A DNA stretch of 64,000 nt from a virus, in the IMG/VR virus record IMGVR_UViG_3300020548_000306, one strand, 5' to 3'. Under the pieces are notes generated by a model, which was given only the letters and a program-made list of their open reading frames with translations, had not been told where the DNA came from and ran no database searches. Both the position numbers and the translations under genes were made by a program. Below are positions 16,646-25,275 of the stretch, in pieces (positions within the stretch are counted from its first letter, which is position 1; each line of letters begins with the position of its first letter).

Positions 16646-17183
16646 CATAAAAAAGGTCATCATCTGTTTTAGGGTCATTTTGTAAGTTGGTTAAATAACC
16701 ATTTAACCCAGTTTTAAGTTCTTCTTCATTTAAATCACCATCACTTGCTGAATTAGATTTCATACCTTGTGTATATGATATTGTGAACTCAAATTTATTA
16801 GCGTCATTAACTGTTTTTTCACCAGTAATTACTATGTCACCAGAAAAATTTTCTGTTTTAGGTTTAATGTAAATACTAGTTATTCTAATACCTAATTTTA
16901 ATCCTTCGATAGCAGTATTAACTTTTGTGAAACGTTCATCGTTCTTAGCTAATTTTTCATATGAATCATCTATAGGAAATAATGGTTGTGGACCTTCTGC
17001 TGGTGCTTCAGCCATTTTTTCTTCTTCTGGTTCATCTGGTAAATCATCACCTTTTTCAAATATTGGTTTAGGTACGGAAGCTGTTGCTGGTGCATCATCT
17101 TCTTTTATCAATGTTTTACCAAATTCTCTAATTACTGACATCATTTTTTTTGTCATGTCGTGTTCGTTAATGTTTTCTTTCAT
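16632..17183 (-). CDS. Hypothetical acidic protein with xxE leader
   Basis: MKENINE...IRE...LIKE; Pro/Glu-rich linker. Confidence 0.7.
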   Translation of the reverse strand: MKENINEHDMTKKMMSVIREFGKTLIKEDDAPATASVPKPIFEKGDDLPDEPEEEKMAEAPAEGPQPLFPIDDSYEKLAKNDERFTKVNTAIEGLKLGIRITSIYIKPKTENFSGDIVITGEKTVNDANKFEFTISYTQGMKSNSASDGDLNEEELKTGLNGYLTNLQNDPKTDDDLFYDVKK

Positions 17184-17187
17184 TCGT

Positions 17188-17796
17188 TTAATTTTTACTT
17201 TCTAGTTTATTTTTAAATTGTTCACAATCCCATGCTGGTGATACATCAAAATAGTGTTTGGATATGTTACTTTTATATAACACACCATTATAACTACTCG
17301 TATCCTCAATTTTTGTATTGTGTCCTATAGCGGTTTTAGGTATGAAAAATTCATCACATAAATAATCACATAATTCAACACATGAATCTAATTGTTCTTG
17401 TGTGTAAGTAGCCCATTTGTTGATTCCTTTCCACATTCTGCCAACCACTATTCCATTATAAATATCACCTTTCCAGTTATAAAAATTCTTATCTGGTGAT
17501 TTTCTAGTTAAATACCCTTCATTTTCTAGTAAAATAATAATGGATTTAGTGTTTTGTTCTAATTTAGAAAAGTATTTAGATTGAAATGTTGGTTCAAAAT
17601 GTTTATGAATAACACCATCTTTATCTATTGTGAATGCTGCCGTTTTTTTATTGTTTCCGTTTAATCTAGTTTTCCAACCTATAACATGTGTCATGTCTTT
17701 GCTATTAGTATTACCAATAACTATTTGTTTTTTAATACATTCAATAGGTACATAATTTTTTTCGTCTAAACTGTATTTTTTGTCTTCTATTATCAT
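17188..17796 (-). CDS. N-acetylmuramoyl-L-alanine amidase (Amidase_2/PGRP fold), first Zn ligand apparently substituted
   Basis: QIVIGNT, FTIDKDGVI, SIIILLENEG, YTQEQLDS, IGHN, FDVSP. Confidence 0.75.
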   Translation of the reverse strand: MIIEDKKYSLDEKNYVPIECIKKQIVIGNTNSKDMTHVIGWKTRLNGNNKKTAAFTIDKDGVIHKHFEPTFQSKYFSKLEQNTKSIIILLENEGYLTRKSPDKNFYNWKGDIYNGIVVGRMWKGINKWATYTQEQLDSCVELCDYLCDEFFIPKTAIGHNTKIEDTSSYNGVLYKSNISKHYFDVSPAWDCEQFKNKLESKN

Positions 17797-19121
17797 TAAC
17801 CACGTTTATAAAAAATCTTATTATCATCACCGTTTTTAATTATTTTATTTGAGCCGATTCTTTCTATTGTGTTACTAGTTTTAGGTTTTGGTACTTCAAC
17901 TGAAAATCCTCTACCTTCTTTAATTTCTCTTATGTCTTCTAAATTAACTTTTCCAGTTGGGATTACTGGTTCTTTTTTGTATACTGGAACTTCAACATTT
18001 TTTTCACTAACAGTTGTTGATGGTTCTTCCTCTGGCATAGGTCTGATATCCCATGGTTCTATATCATTTACAGTGTCATTTACAGTGTCATTTACAGTGT
18101 CATCAAGTTCTTCTTCAATTGGTATTATGATATCTTCTGTTTCCAAATCTTTAACCATTTGATTCATAACTTCACTCAATGCATGGTCTTCATCAAAGTT
18201 TACTCCCTCATTTACTCCCTCATTTACTCCCTCATTTACTCCCTCATTATTTGATTTAATTACTTCTACAATAGTTGTTGGAGTTTCGGCAGATGGGACA
18301 AAGTTAACTTTAGGTTCTAGTGGAGTTTGTTTACTTTCCAATTCAAACACTCTGTTGGTTGCCAATATTAATGCTATTGCCAATGGGTCAAACACAAATA
18401 TAAGAAGTAGAATCATATAATTAACTACATTCGCCATTGGTGTTCCAGTTAATTCAGAAACATATTTAAGTGGGCCAACTTCACCAGATACTTCACTTCC
18501 AGCTTTTAATTCAATAGCTTTTACGTTATAAACATTTACTGAATCAGACAACACAATATTTTTAGAGTTAAGTAAGTCTATTTCAGTATTTAATAGTTGA
18601 ATTTGTTTATCTGAACTTTCAATGTCACGTCTAGCGTTTCTTTGGTTTCTGTTGTTGGTTGAATTATCCAAACGTGATTCTTGATTACCTCTTAGGTTAT
18701 TCAATTGTTCAGCACGTTTAGTTTTAGTTTCAATAATCTTTGTATTGTCAGCTATTGTTTTTTCAAATACTTGTTTCTTGGCTTCTAACACACTTAACTC
18801 ACCTTCGTGCAACTCTAATTTGTTTGCTGTTGATTGGTAAGCGTTAGATAAAAAACCATAAATACCAGCAGATGTAATTAACATAAGCACACCAACACTT
18901 ATAGTTAAATAAATTTTTAAACCTCTGGCTAATTTATGCCAATATGTGTGTAAAGCAGTAGTTGTAACTACTTTACCAATTTCCAATACAGATGCCATTA
19001 TAATAACAGCAGTACTTGCACCAGCAAATAACTGACTTAAACCCCATACTGAGAAATATGCAGCACAACCAGCAACGGCTAGTGCTAAAATTAACATTAT
19101 GTAACTAAATTTTACTTTCAT
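17796..19121 (-). CDS. Multi-pass membrane protein with coiled coil and repeat-containing disordered tail
   Basis: Three to four N-terminal TMs, long coiled coil, TM LLIFVFDPLAIALILA, then GVNE and DTVN repeats. Confidence 0.8.
   Translation of the reverse strand: MKVKFSYIMLILALAVAGCAAYFSVWGLSQLFAGASTAVIIMASVLEIGKVVTTTALHTYWHKLARGLKIYLTISVGVLMLITSAGIYGFLSNAYQSTANKLELHEGELSVLEAKKQVFEKTIADNTKIIETKTKRAEQLNNLRGNQESRLDNSTNNRNQRNARRDIESSDKQIQLLNTEIDLLNSKNIVLSDSVNVYNVKAIELKAGSEVSGEVGPLKYVSELTGTPMANVVNYMILLLIFVFDPLAIALILATNRVFELESKQTPLEPKVNFVPSAETPTTIVEVIKSNNEGVNEGVNEGVNEGVNFDEDHALSEVMNQMVKDLETEDIIIPIEEELDDTVNDTVNDTVNDIEPWDIRPMPEEEPSTTVSEKNVEVPVYKKEPVIPTGKVNLEDIREIKEGRGFSVEVPKPKTSNTIERIGSNKIIKNGDDNKIFYKRG
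18064..18103. repeat. 12-bp tandem repeat (TCATTTACAGTG) x3.3, coding DTVN
   Basis: Read directly from the sequence. Confidence 0.95.
18199..18248. repeat. 12-bp tandem repeat (TTTACTCCCTCA) x4, coding EGVN
   Basis: Read directly from the sequence. Confidence 0.95.
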
Positions 19122-19134
19122 ATACTTTTATTTT

Positions 19135-19142
19135 ATAAATAT
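19135..19142 (-). promoter_or_regulatory. ATATTTAT phage promoter-like motif
   Basis: 13 nt upstream of the ATG at 19121. Confidence 0.6.
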
Positions 19143-19150
19143 TTAAAACT

Positions 19151-19172
19151 AAAAAAAGGGTCATAGACCCTT
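19151..19172 (-). terminator. Intrinsic terminator of the sigma gene
   Basis: AAGGGTC-TAT-GACCCTT plus U-tract. Confidence 0.75.
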
Positions 19173-19175
19173 AGT

Positions 19176-19997
19176 TTATCCATTTATCAAATCAAATAAA
19201 TCATGAGCATTATGTCTTAATTTTCTAATTGCTTTTTCTTTTATTTGTCTAATTCTTTCTTTTGTCAAACCATATCTATCACCTATTGCTTCTAGTGTCA
19301 TAGCTTCACATTTGGTGTCAATACCAAAATAACATTTTATTATTTCAATTTCTCTTTCACTTAAAACGGACAATGTTAAATCAATTTGTTTTTTAATTCT
19401 TTCGTCTATAATTAATTTATCTTCATCACTATTATCAAAAGGTATTAGTTCAATCAACTCATCACCTTCTTCGTTTATGTGTTCATTAAGCGAAACACAC
19501 TTTGGATAATTAATCAATCTTAAATCAAAATTTTCAATATCATTAACTGTAAAATCAGCATCATCTAATAATTCAACTTTTGAAATTTCTTTATTTAATT
19601 TAGAAATCTTATTAATAACATTAGATGGTAATCTAACCATTCTAGCGTTATCATTTAAACTTTGAATAATAGATTGTCTAATCCACCATACAGCGTAAGA
19701 GATGAATCTGAAACCTTTTTTGTAATCAAATCTTGTTGCAGCTTTAACTAAACCGTAATTACCTTCATTTATCAAGTCTTGTAATAACATTCCTTGTCCT
19801 TGATATTCTTTAGCTACAGAAACCACAAATTTTAAATTTGCTTTAACCAAAGTTTCAATTGCTTTGGTATCACCTTTTTTAATTCTTTTAGCTAAACTTA
19901 TTTCTTCGGTTTTAGTTAAAATTACTGATTTTCTTACTTCTTTAAAATACTTTGATATACTATCGTTGTTTTCAAAATTTACAAATTTTTTGTTCAT
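19176..19997 (-). CDS. rpoD: RpoD/SigA-family sigma factor, Bacteroidota type (no region 1.1)
   Basis: Region 1.2 ISKYFKEV; region 2 ANLKFVVSVAK..QDLINEGN.GL..A..RFD...GFRFISYAVWWIRQSI; region 4 TLEAIGDRYGLTKERIRQIKEKAIRKLR. Confidence 0.95.
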   Translation of the reverse strand: MNKKFVNFENNDSISKYFKEVRKSVILTKTEEISLAKRIKKGDTKAIETLVKANLKFVVSVAKEYQGQGMLLQDLINEGNYGLVKAATRFDYKKGFRFISYAVWWIRQSIIQSLNDNARMVRLPSNVINKISKLNKEISKVELLDDADFTVNDIENFDLRLINYPKCVSLNEHINEEGDELIELIPFDNSDEDKLIIDERIKKQIDLTLSVLSEREIEIIKCYFGIDTKCEAMTLEAIGDRYGLTKERIRQIKEKAIRKLRHNAHDLFDLING

Positions 19998-20030
19998 TAA
20001 TACTATTGTTACTCTTCATGTTATTCTTTC

Positions 20031-20060
20031 TAAATATAAGGATAAATTCGTAAAAGTCAA
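20031..20060 (-). promoter_or_regulatory. SigmaA-type promoter variant of the sigma gene
   Basis: TTGACT-N16-TATATTTA. Confidence 0.55.
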
Positions 20061-20074
20061 TACTTTACGTCCTT

Positions 20075-20611
20075 TTATTTAGCCAAAAGGCTTAACATTT
20101 TCTTATCATAATCTGTAAAGTTTTCAACTCCAGAATCTATGATTTTATTCATTGCTTCTTGCTTTTCAGCAAGAGTCATGTTTTCTATTTGTTCTTCAGT
20201 TATCCTTCTAGGTCTTATAACTGTTTTAACATCTATTGGTTTAGTAGTCTTTATCTTTTTGCTATTTTCTTTGATAATTTTAGCATCTTCTATAGCGTCT
20301 AGTAAATCATTCATTCTTTTACTTAAAAGAGAATCTGATTCCTTTATAAAACCAAATAAACCTTCGTGAATTTCTTCTTTTGTTATGTTATAACCAGAAT
20401 ACTTAGGGTTTAAATCAAAAACAAAAAAACTTCTATTTTGTAATTTAAACCATTCGTTAATTTCACCAACTGTAAGTGCTGATGATAATGTGGCAATTAT
20501 AATACCTTTAGCATCTAATATATTAGGCTTGTTATCACTAATTTTTTCAATCTCATCGATAACGTTTTTAGTGTCGCCCATAATTATTACGCAATAATTT
20601 TTAATCTCCAT
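20075..20611 (-). CDS. Hypothetical protein
   Basis: 178-aa ORF with its own promoter-like element; short C-terminal helical motif MNKIIDSG.ENFTDYDKKML. Confidence 0.75.
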   Translation of the reverse strand: MEIKNYCVIIMGDTKNVIDEIEKISDNKPNILDAKGIIIATLSSALTVGEINEWFKLQNRSFFVFDLNPKYSGYNITKEEIHEGLFGFIKESDSLLSKRMNDLLDAIEDAKIIKENSKKIKTTKPIDVKTVIRPRRITEEQIENMTLAEKQEAMNKIIDSGVENFTDYDKKMLSLLAK

Positions 20612-20626
20612 ACCCCTTTTTTTTAA

Positions 20627-20657
20627 CTAATATACAAAACTTTTATTAAATATGCAA
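20627..20657 (-). promoter_or_regulatory. SigmaA-type promoter variant
   Basis: TTGCAT-N17-TATATTAG. Confidence 0.5.
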
Positions 20658-23027
20658 TTATTTAATTGTTATTTTAGATACGTTATCAGTTTTGATTACT
20701 GTGATAACATTATCTCCCCAATCTTTAACAATGTCATTATGTGTTATAAAAAACACTATTTCGTACATTTCTTTTATTTTATCAAATAACGTTTTTAGTT
20801 TCTCAATGTTGTCTTGAGCAACTTTACCTAAGACTTCATCAAAAGTTATAAAATTAGGCATTGGTAAAGTAGATAGTTTTCCTAACACAGCTCTAAGTGC
20901 TAAACTTGCTGCTGTTTTCTCTAAACCAGACCCAGATTTTAATAGTTTTGACACACCATCTTTAACCAATAAAAACTGAACGTCATTCTTGTCATTAATA
21001 AATATCTCGACATCGAAATCTACAACATCATCTAACAATCTTTGTATTTCAGAATTTATAATTGGTAACACGGAACGCAGCACTAATTTACTAATACCTT
21101 TCTTGCCAACCAATTCAATATAGATTTTAAAGATTTTATCTATATCTTCTTCTTTCTTGATGGTTTCAATTAATTTGGTTTTAATTTCAATACCAGATTT
21201 ATGGTTTGTAATCTCTGTTTGAACCCTTTCTATTTTAGTAATCGTATCATCTTTAGTATGTTCACATACAGCTATTTTAGTCTTAATATTTGTAATTTCA
21301 ATATCAATCCTTTTGTTTAATTCAATTGCATCCAAATTAAGTTTATATTTTTTTAACTCATTTTTCTTTTCAACAATTTTATTTCTAAGAGAACCAATTT
21401 CAACTTCTAATCTGTCTTTTGCTAACTCTAATTTATTCTTGTCATCAACCGATTTTTTGATTTCATTTAACCTTGTTAATTCTTCAGTTAACATTTCTCT
21501 AGTGTTGCACAATTCATTAAGTTTGTCATTAATTTCTGACAGTTGTTTATTGTGTGCTGCTATGTGTTCTGTATTGTCAACATCATCTAATTTTCTATTA
21601 CATGATTGACAAATACCACCAGCAATTAAATCTTCAACTTGTTTAGTGATTCTTTCAGCATCAGCTTCTTTTAATGCTATATCAGTATTTAATTGATTTA
21701 ATTGTTTGGTCCAATCAAAATGCATATCCTCATCAAACACAACAACACCAATTTCATCAATCTTTGTTTGATGTTCTTTTACTTCTTTAGCTAAACCAGT
21801 ACCTTTTTCAGTTATTTTTTCAATTTCAGATTCTAATGATTCTGGGTTTAACTCAGATATTGTTACGTCAATTTTTTCTTTGCTATTGATTGAAGACTCT
21901 TTCTCATTTGTTAATGTTTTTATATCATTTTTTGCTTTAGTTAACCTTTCATTCAAAGTATTTTCAAGGTCAGCACATTCTTGTCCTTTTTCTTTATGGT
22001 CTTCGATTTCATCTGTCAAAGTAATAACATCGTATTCGTTAGATTTTTTCTTTCTAGCGAATTCATTATACATTTCCCTAACAGCTTTTTCTTTTAGTTC
22101 TAAAATCTCTAAACCAATAAGTCTAGTCAATACTTTTCCAGATTCACTTGTTGTTAACCCAATTAAATCATCTAAATTCTTCTCAGTAGCCAATACAAGC
22201 ATCTCAAAGTCTTTTTCGCTGCCAATAGTTTCTTTAATCTTTTTAGTTGTTCTAATGGCATCTTCTTCGTTTAACGCTTTTTCTTCACCATCTGGTAGTA
22301 ATTCATAATAATTAACTCTATTAACAATAGTCCAACCACCACCTTTTTTGGCAGTTCTTTTCATCTTACGTTCAATTATTATTTCTTCACCTTCAATATC
22401 AATCATACCACGAACAGTTAAATCGTTTTTATCACTATATTGGTTGAAAATTTGCTCGTTAGTATCTGTTTTTGTTGTATTACCATGTAATAAGAATTTC
22501 ATCGCATCAATAGTCATAGTAGTTTTACCACCTTGATTTGATGGGATTGAATTAACGATGTTTAATCCTCTTAATTTTGAGAAAGGAATGTAATTATCCT
22601 CACCAAATGATAATAGGTTATTTATCATTAACCATTTAACACTCCAAGTTCTGTGCTGCACTTCATTAACATCAACATTTAGTTCACCGTTAACTTTGTC
22701 GTCTAACGCAAGGATTCTGTTAAAGTCAACCTTCTTATCGTCTCTTTCAATTAACTCCTTCATAAGAGCTCTTTGATAGTTTACGTCCATGATATTCTCA
22801 ATACCAGCACCAGTAATTTCAATTAGGTCACCGTTTGCTGTTCTTTTAACTGGTCGATAGACAACATTAATGTTATTTTTATTCACACCATATTTGTTAG
22901 CAAAGTAATTTCTAATTTTATTCTTAGCTTCTCTACTATAATTGTGTGGTTTGTCGTCCCAATAAATTTTAATTTTAGCATAAGGTGATATCGATTTGAT
23001 ATCTAATACTTCTACACTATTCTCCAT
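20658..23027 (-). CDS. sbcC: SbcC/Rad50/T4 gp46-like ATPase
   Basis: Walker A NQGGKTT, coiled coil with Zn-hook CQSC, signature SGSGLEK, Walker B ITFDEV, H-loop ITHN; about 125 extra N-terminal residues. Confidence 0.9.
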   Translation of the reverse strand: MENSVEVLDIKSISPYAKIKIYWDDKPHNYSREAKNKIRNYFANKYGVNKNNINVVYRPVKRTANGDLIEITGAGIENIMDVNYQRALMKELIERDDKKVDFNRILALDDKVNGELNVDVNEVQHRTWSVKWLMINNLLSFGEDNYIPFSKLRGLNIVNSIPSNQGGKTTMTIDAMKFLLHGNTTKTDTNEQIFNQYSDKNDLTVRGMIDIEGEEIIIERKMKRTAKKGGGWTIVNRVNYYELLPDGEEKALNEEDAIRTTKKIKETIGSEKDFEMLVLATEKNLDDLIGLTTSESGKVLTRLIGLEILELKEKAVREMYNEFARKKKSNEYDVITLTDEIEDHKEKGQECADLENTLNERLTKAKNDIKTLTNEKESSINSKEKIDVTISELNPESLESEIEKITEKGTGLAKEVKEHQTKIDEIGVVVFDEDMHFDWTKQLNQLNTDIALKEADAERITKQVEDLIAGGICQSCNRKLDDVDNTEHIAAHNKQLSEINDKLNELCNTREMLTEELTRLNEIKKSVDDKNKLELAKDRLEVEIGSLRNKIVEKKNELKKYKLNLDAIELNKRIDIEITNIKTKIAVCEHTKDDTITKIERVQTEITNHKSGIEIKTKLIETIKKEEDIDKIFKIYIELVGKKGISKLVLRSVLPIINSEIQRLLDDVVDFDVEIFINDKNDVQFLLVKDGVSKLLKSGSGLEKTAASLALRAVLGKLSTLPMPNFITFDEVLGKVAQDNIEKLKTLFDKIKEMYEIVFFITHNDIVKDWGDNVITVIKTDNVSKITIK

Positions 23028-23403
23028 ATAAATCTGTTTTATTTTTGTTTTTTTCTATTTCTAATTGTTTTCTAAGAACATCACTTAAATCACTACATTC
23101 ACGTAGTTTTTTCTCGCCAAGTTCAGCCAGTTTAATGTAGTTTTTTATCTTTTCATCCATTTCCATATCAACCATATTGATAGGTACTTCTTTGATTACT
23201 TCGACAACCTTTTCTACTTCAACAATTTTTTCTACTTCGACAATCTTTTCTTTGACAGTTGGTACTGGCGTTGAACCGTACTTTTCAATAGTGAAACCTT
23301 GTTTAAGAACTTTAGTCATAAAGTCATCAATATTCGTAATATTATTGGCTCTGCAATAATCCCAAATTTCATCTTTTAATTGTTTAGATATCTCCAAGGT
23401 CAA
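23017..23403 (-). CDS. Hypothetical protein with EKIVEV repeats
   Basis: KEKIVEVEKIVEVEKVVEVIKEV; overlaps both neighbours. Confidence 0.7.
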   Translation of the reverse strand: MTLEISKQLKDEIWDYCRANNITNIDDFMTKVLKQGFTIEKYGSTPVPTVKEKIVEVEKIVEVEKVVEVIKEVPINMVDMEMDEKIKNYIKLAELGEKKLRECSDLSDVLRKQLEIEKNKNKTDLYGE

Positions 23404-23614
23404 CTTTTGTTAAATCTTCACGTGTTTGATGCAGCAAGACAACTTCCATATCTTTTTCATCAACGTTTATTGCCAATACTGGTTTATCGGCTCTATAAAT
23501 AAACCCTTGTTCGTTCTCTGGGTCAACAAACCCATATTCACCATTCACAACAGTGAAATCATTCATTTCTTCTGGTAATGAATTAATGAACTCTTTTAAT
23601 TCGCTCAATTTCAT
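23384..23614 (-). CDS. Hypothetical protein
   Basis: 76 aa; ATGA-type overlap with the sbcD stop. Confidence 0.7.
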   Translation of the reverse strand: MKLSELKEFINSLPEEMNDFTVVNGEYGFVDPENEQGFIYRADKPVLAINVDEKDMEVVLLHQTREDLTKVDLGDI

Positions 23615-24423
23615 AAGTTAGTAAGTTTTTCTTCTCCGTTCTCAATATCTTCTAATGAAGTGATTTTAAATTGATAAAACGAATATTTGTTATCTACATC
23701 ATGTTCTGTATATGTTTTAGTTTCAACATCCCATAATAAAAATCCATGTTTAGTAATATTCTCACCAAAGTTTTGTTGTATAAGCGATGATGGATAGGCT
23801 ATCATAATATCTTTATGGTTAAATATCTGACGTTTATGTATGTCACCTAACATTGCAATATCACAACCTTCAAATATATCTAATTCAGCACCATGGTCAA
23901 TTGAATAACCGATGTCAGTCTTAGCGTTCATTATTGGTGCATGAAATAACCCAATGTAAGTTTTATCATCACCAAACTCAATCCTAGCACCTTCAATATC
24001 TGGTCTTGCATTTTCTTCAAAGATTGAATAGGCACACCAAACAATATTGTCATCCAAATAACATTTAGATTCTTTAAAATAGTTTATATCTTTGTCACCC
24101 AAAAATTGTACCATTGGTGTTATACTGTCCATTCTGTTAGCATTGTTTTCTAACAAGTCATGGTTTCCAGCTATAAGAATAACTGGTGCTATTTCTTCTA
24201 GTTTTCTTAGCAACCATGTACCTAAAATTAACATCTCATTTGAGATAACAATTTTTTGGTGAACTAAATCACCAGCTATAACTATTCTAATTTCTTCTCT
24301 GCTGTAATCAACTAACAGTTCTCTTAAATCTTTCAACAGCGTTTTGAATACATCTTTATATTCATCATGCATTCTAAGAGTTCTGATATGTATATCAGCT
24401 AAGTGTACTACTTTTTTTATCAT
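23611..24423 (-). CDS. sbcD: SbcD/Mre11/T4 gp47-like metallophosphoesterase nuclease
   Basis: HLADIH, IAGDLVH, AGNHD, LFH, LGDIHK, YPSSLIQQNFGE. Confidence 0.9.
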   Translation of the reverse strand: MIKKVVHLADIHIRTLRMHDEYKDVFKTLLKDLRELLVDYSREEIRIVIAGDLVHQKIVISNEMLILGTWLLRKLEEIAPVILIAGNHDLLENNANRMDSITPMVQFLGDKDINYFKESKCYLDDNIVWCAYSIFEENARPDIEGARIEFGDDKTYIGLFHAPIMNAKTDIGYSIDHGAELDIFEGCDIAMLGDIHKRQIFNHKDIMIAYPSSLIQQNFGENITKHGFLLWDVETKTYTEHDVDNKYSFYQFKITSLEDIENGEEKLTNL

Positions 24424-24424
24424 A

Positions 24425-25207
24425 TTATGCGTTTTTCATTAAGTTATAATAATGCATCTCAACTAGCTTCTTAGCTTCGTTTTTCATATACATTATTTGT
24501 ATTTTTTCAAATGACATTTTTTCTTTGTCCCAATATCCAATTCTAATTTGTCTGCACTTTCTTTTAGGAAACTCTAATTCGTACATATAAGCGTACACAG
24601 ACAACTGTAATGTATAAACTGACCATTGGCATGACTGCATGTGGTCGAATGGCTTAAAAAGCGTCTTATAACCAAATGGGTCAAAGAAATTAAACTCACG
24701 GTTTGTCTTCCAGTCCCAAACATCAAAATATACATCATCAATGTCAATAATAAGGTCGGACATACCAGCCAACTCATATTGCTCAGCAAATAGAATTCTT
24801 TCTGGCCACATTGCAACACCTTCATCAATATTCAACGCTGTAAATCCTTCAATAACTCTTTGTTCAAACTGACCTTCTTCTGTGTCATCTGGAAAATACC
24901 ATTTATTAGCCAATAGATATCTTTCAACAATATCATGGACTTTAGAACCATATACGTTAGCTTCATCATTTAACATCTGCCAATATTCTAAAATTTGCAG
25001 CTGATTCATCCCAATATAACGTTCTTGTTTAACATTATCAGCTTGGTTAACAATAGCCATAGAAACCGCTTCAGAATCAAAGTGAGGTTCAATAGACGAT
25101 AATGTAGTTGTAACCGATTTATAAGTTTTACCAGTTACTCTATGATGATATTTATGTTCAATAGGTTCTAGAAATACTGGACCTTCCCATAATTTTGCTT
25201 TACTCAT
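24425..25207 (-). CDS. PD-(D/E)XK (RecB-like) exonuclease
   Basis: SVTT, GSKVHDIVE, AGMSDL, DWKT, YTLQLSVY. Confidence 0.85.
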   Translation of the reverse strand: MSKAKLWEGPVFLEPIEHKYHHRVTGKTYKSVTTTLSSIEPHFDSEAVSMAIVNQADNVKQERYIGMNQLQILEYWQMLNDEANVYGSKVHDIVERYLLANKWYFPDDTEEGQFEQRVIEGFTALNIDEGVAMWPERILFAEQYELAGMSDLIIDIDDVYFDVWDWKTNREFNFFDPFGYKTLFKPFDHMQSCQWSVYTLQLSVYAYMYELEFPKRKCRQIRIGYWDKEKMSFEKIQIMYMKNEAKKLVEMHYYNLMKNA

Positions 25208-25223
25208 AATTTTTAATTTAACA

Positions 25224-25254
25224 CAAATTTACACTAATTTTAGTTAAAATACAA
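25224..25254 (-). promoter_or_regulatory. Bacteroidota sigmaA-type promoter of the nuclease-sbcD-sbcC operon
   Basis: TTGTAT-N17-TAAATTTG. Confidence 0.65.
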
Positions 25255-25255
25255 G

Positions 25256-25263
25256 TATTTATA
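25256..25263 (+). promoter_or_regulatory. TATTTATA phage promoter-like motif (plus strand)
   Basis: 12 nt upstream of the plus-strand ATG at 25276; this fixes the orientation of the motif. Confidence 0.55.
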
Positions 25264-25275
25264 TTAAAAGTTATT

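Noticed and set aside
23177-23260. EKIVEV repeats as a functional repeat array
   Set aside because: Three degenerate 18-bp units giving a common low-complexity V/E/K motif; not distinctive
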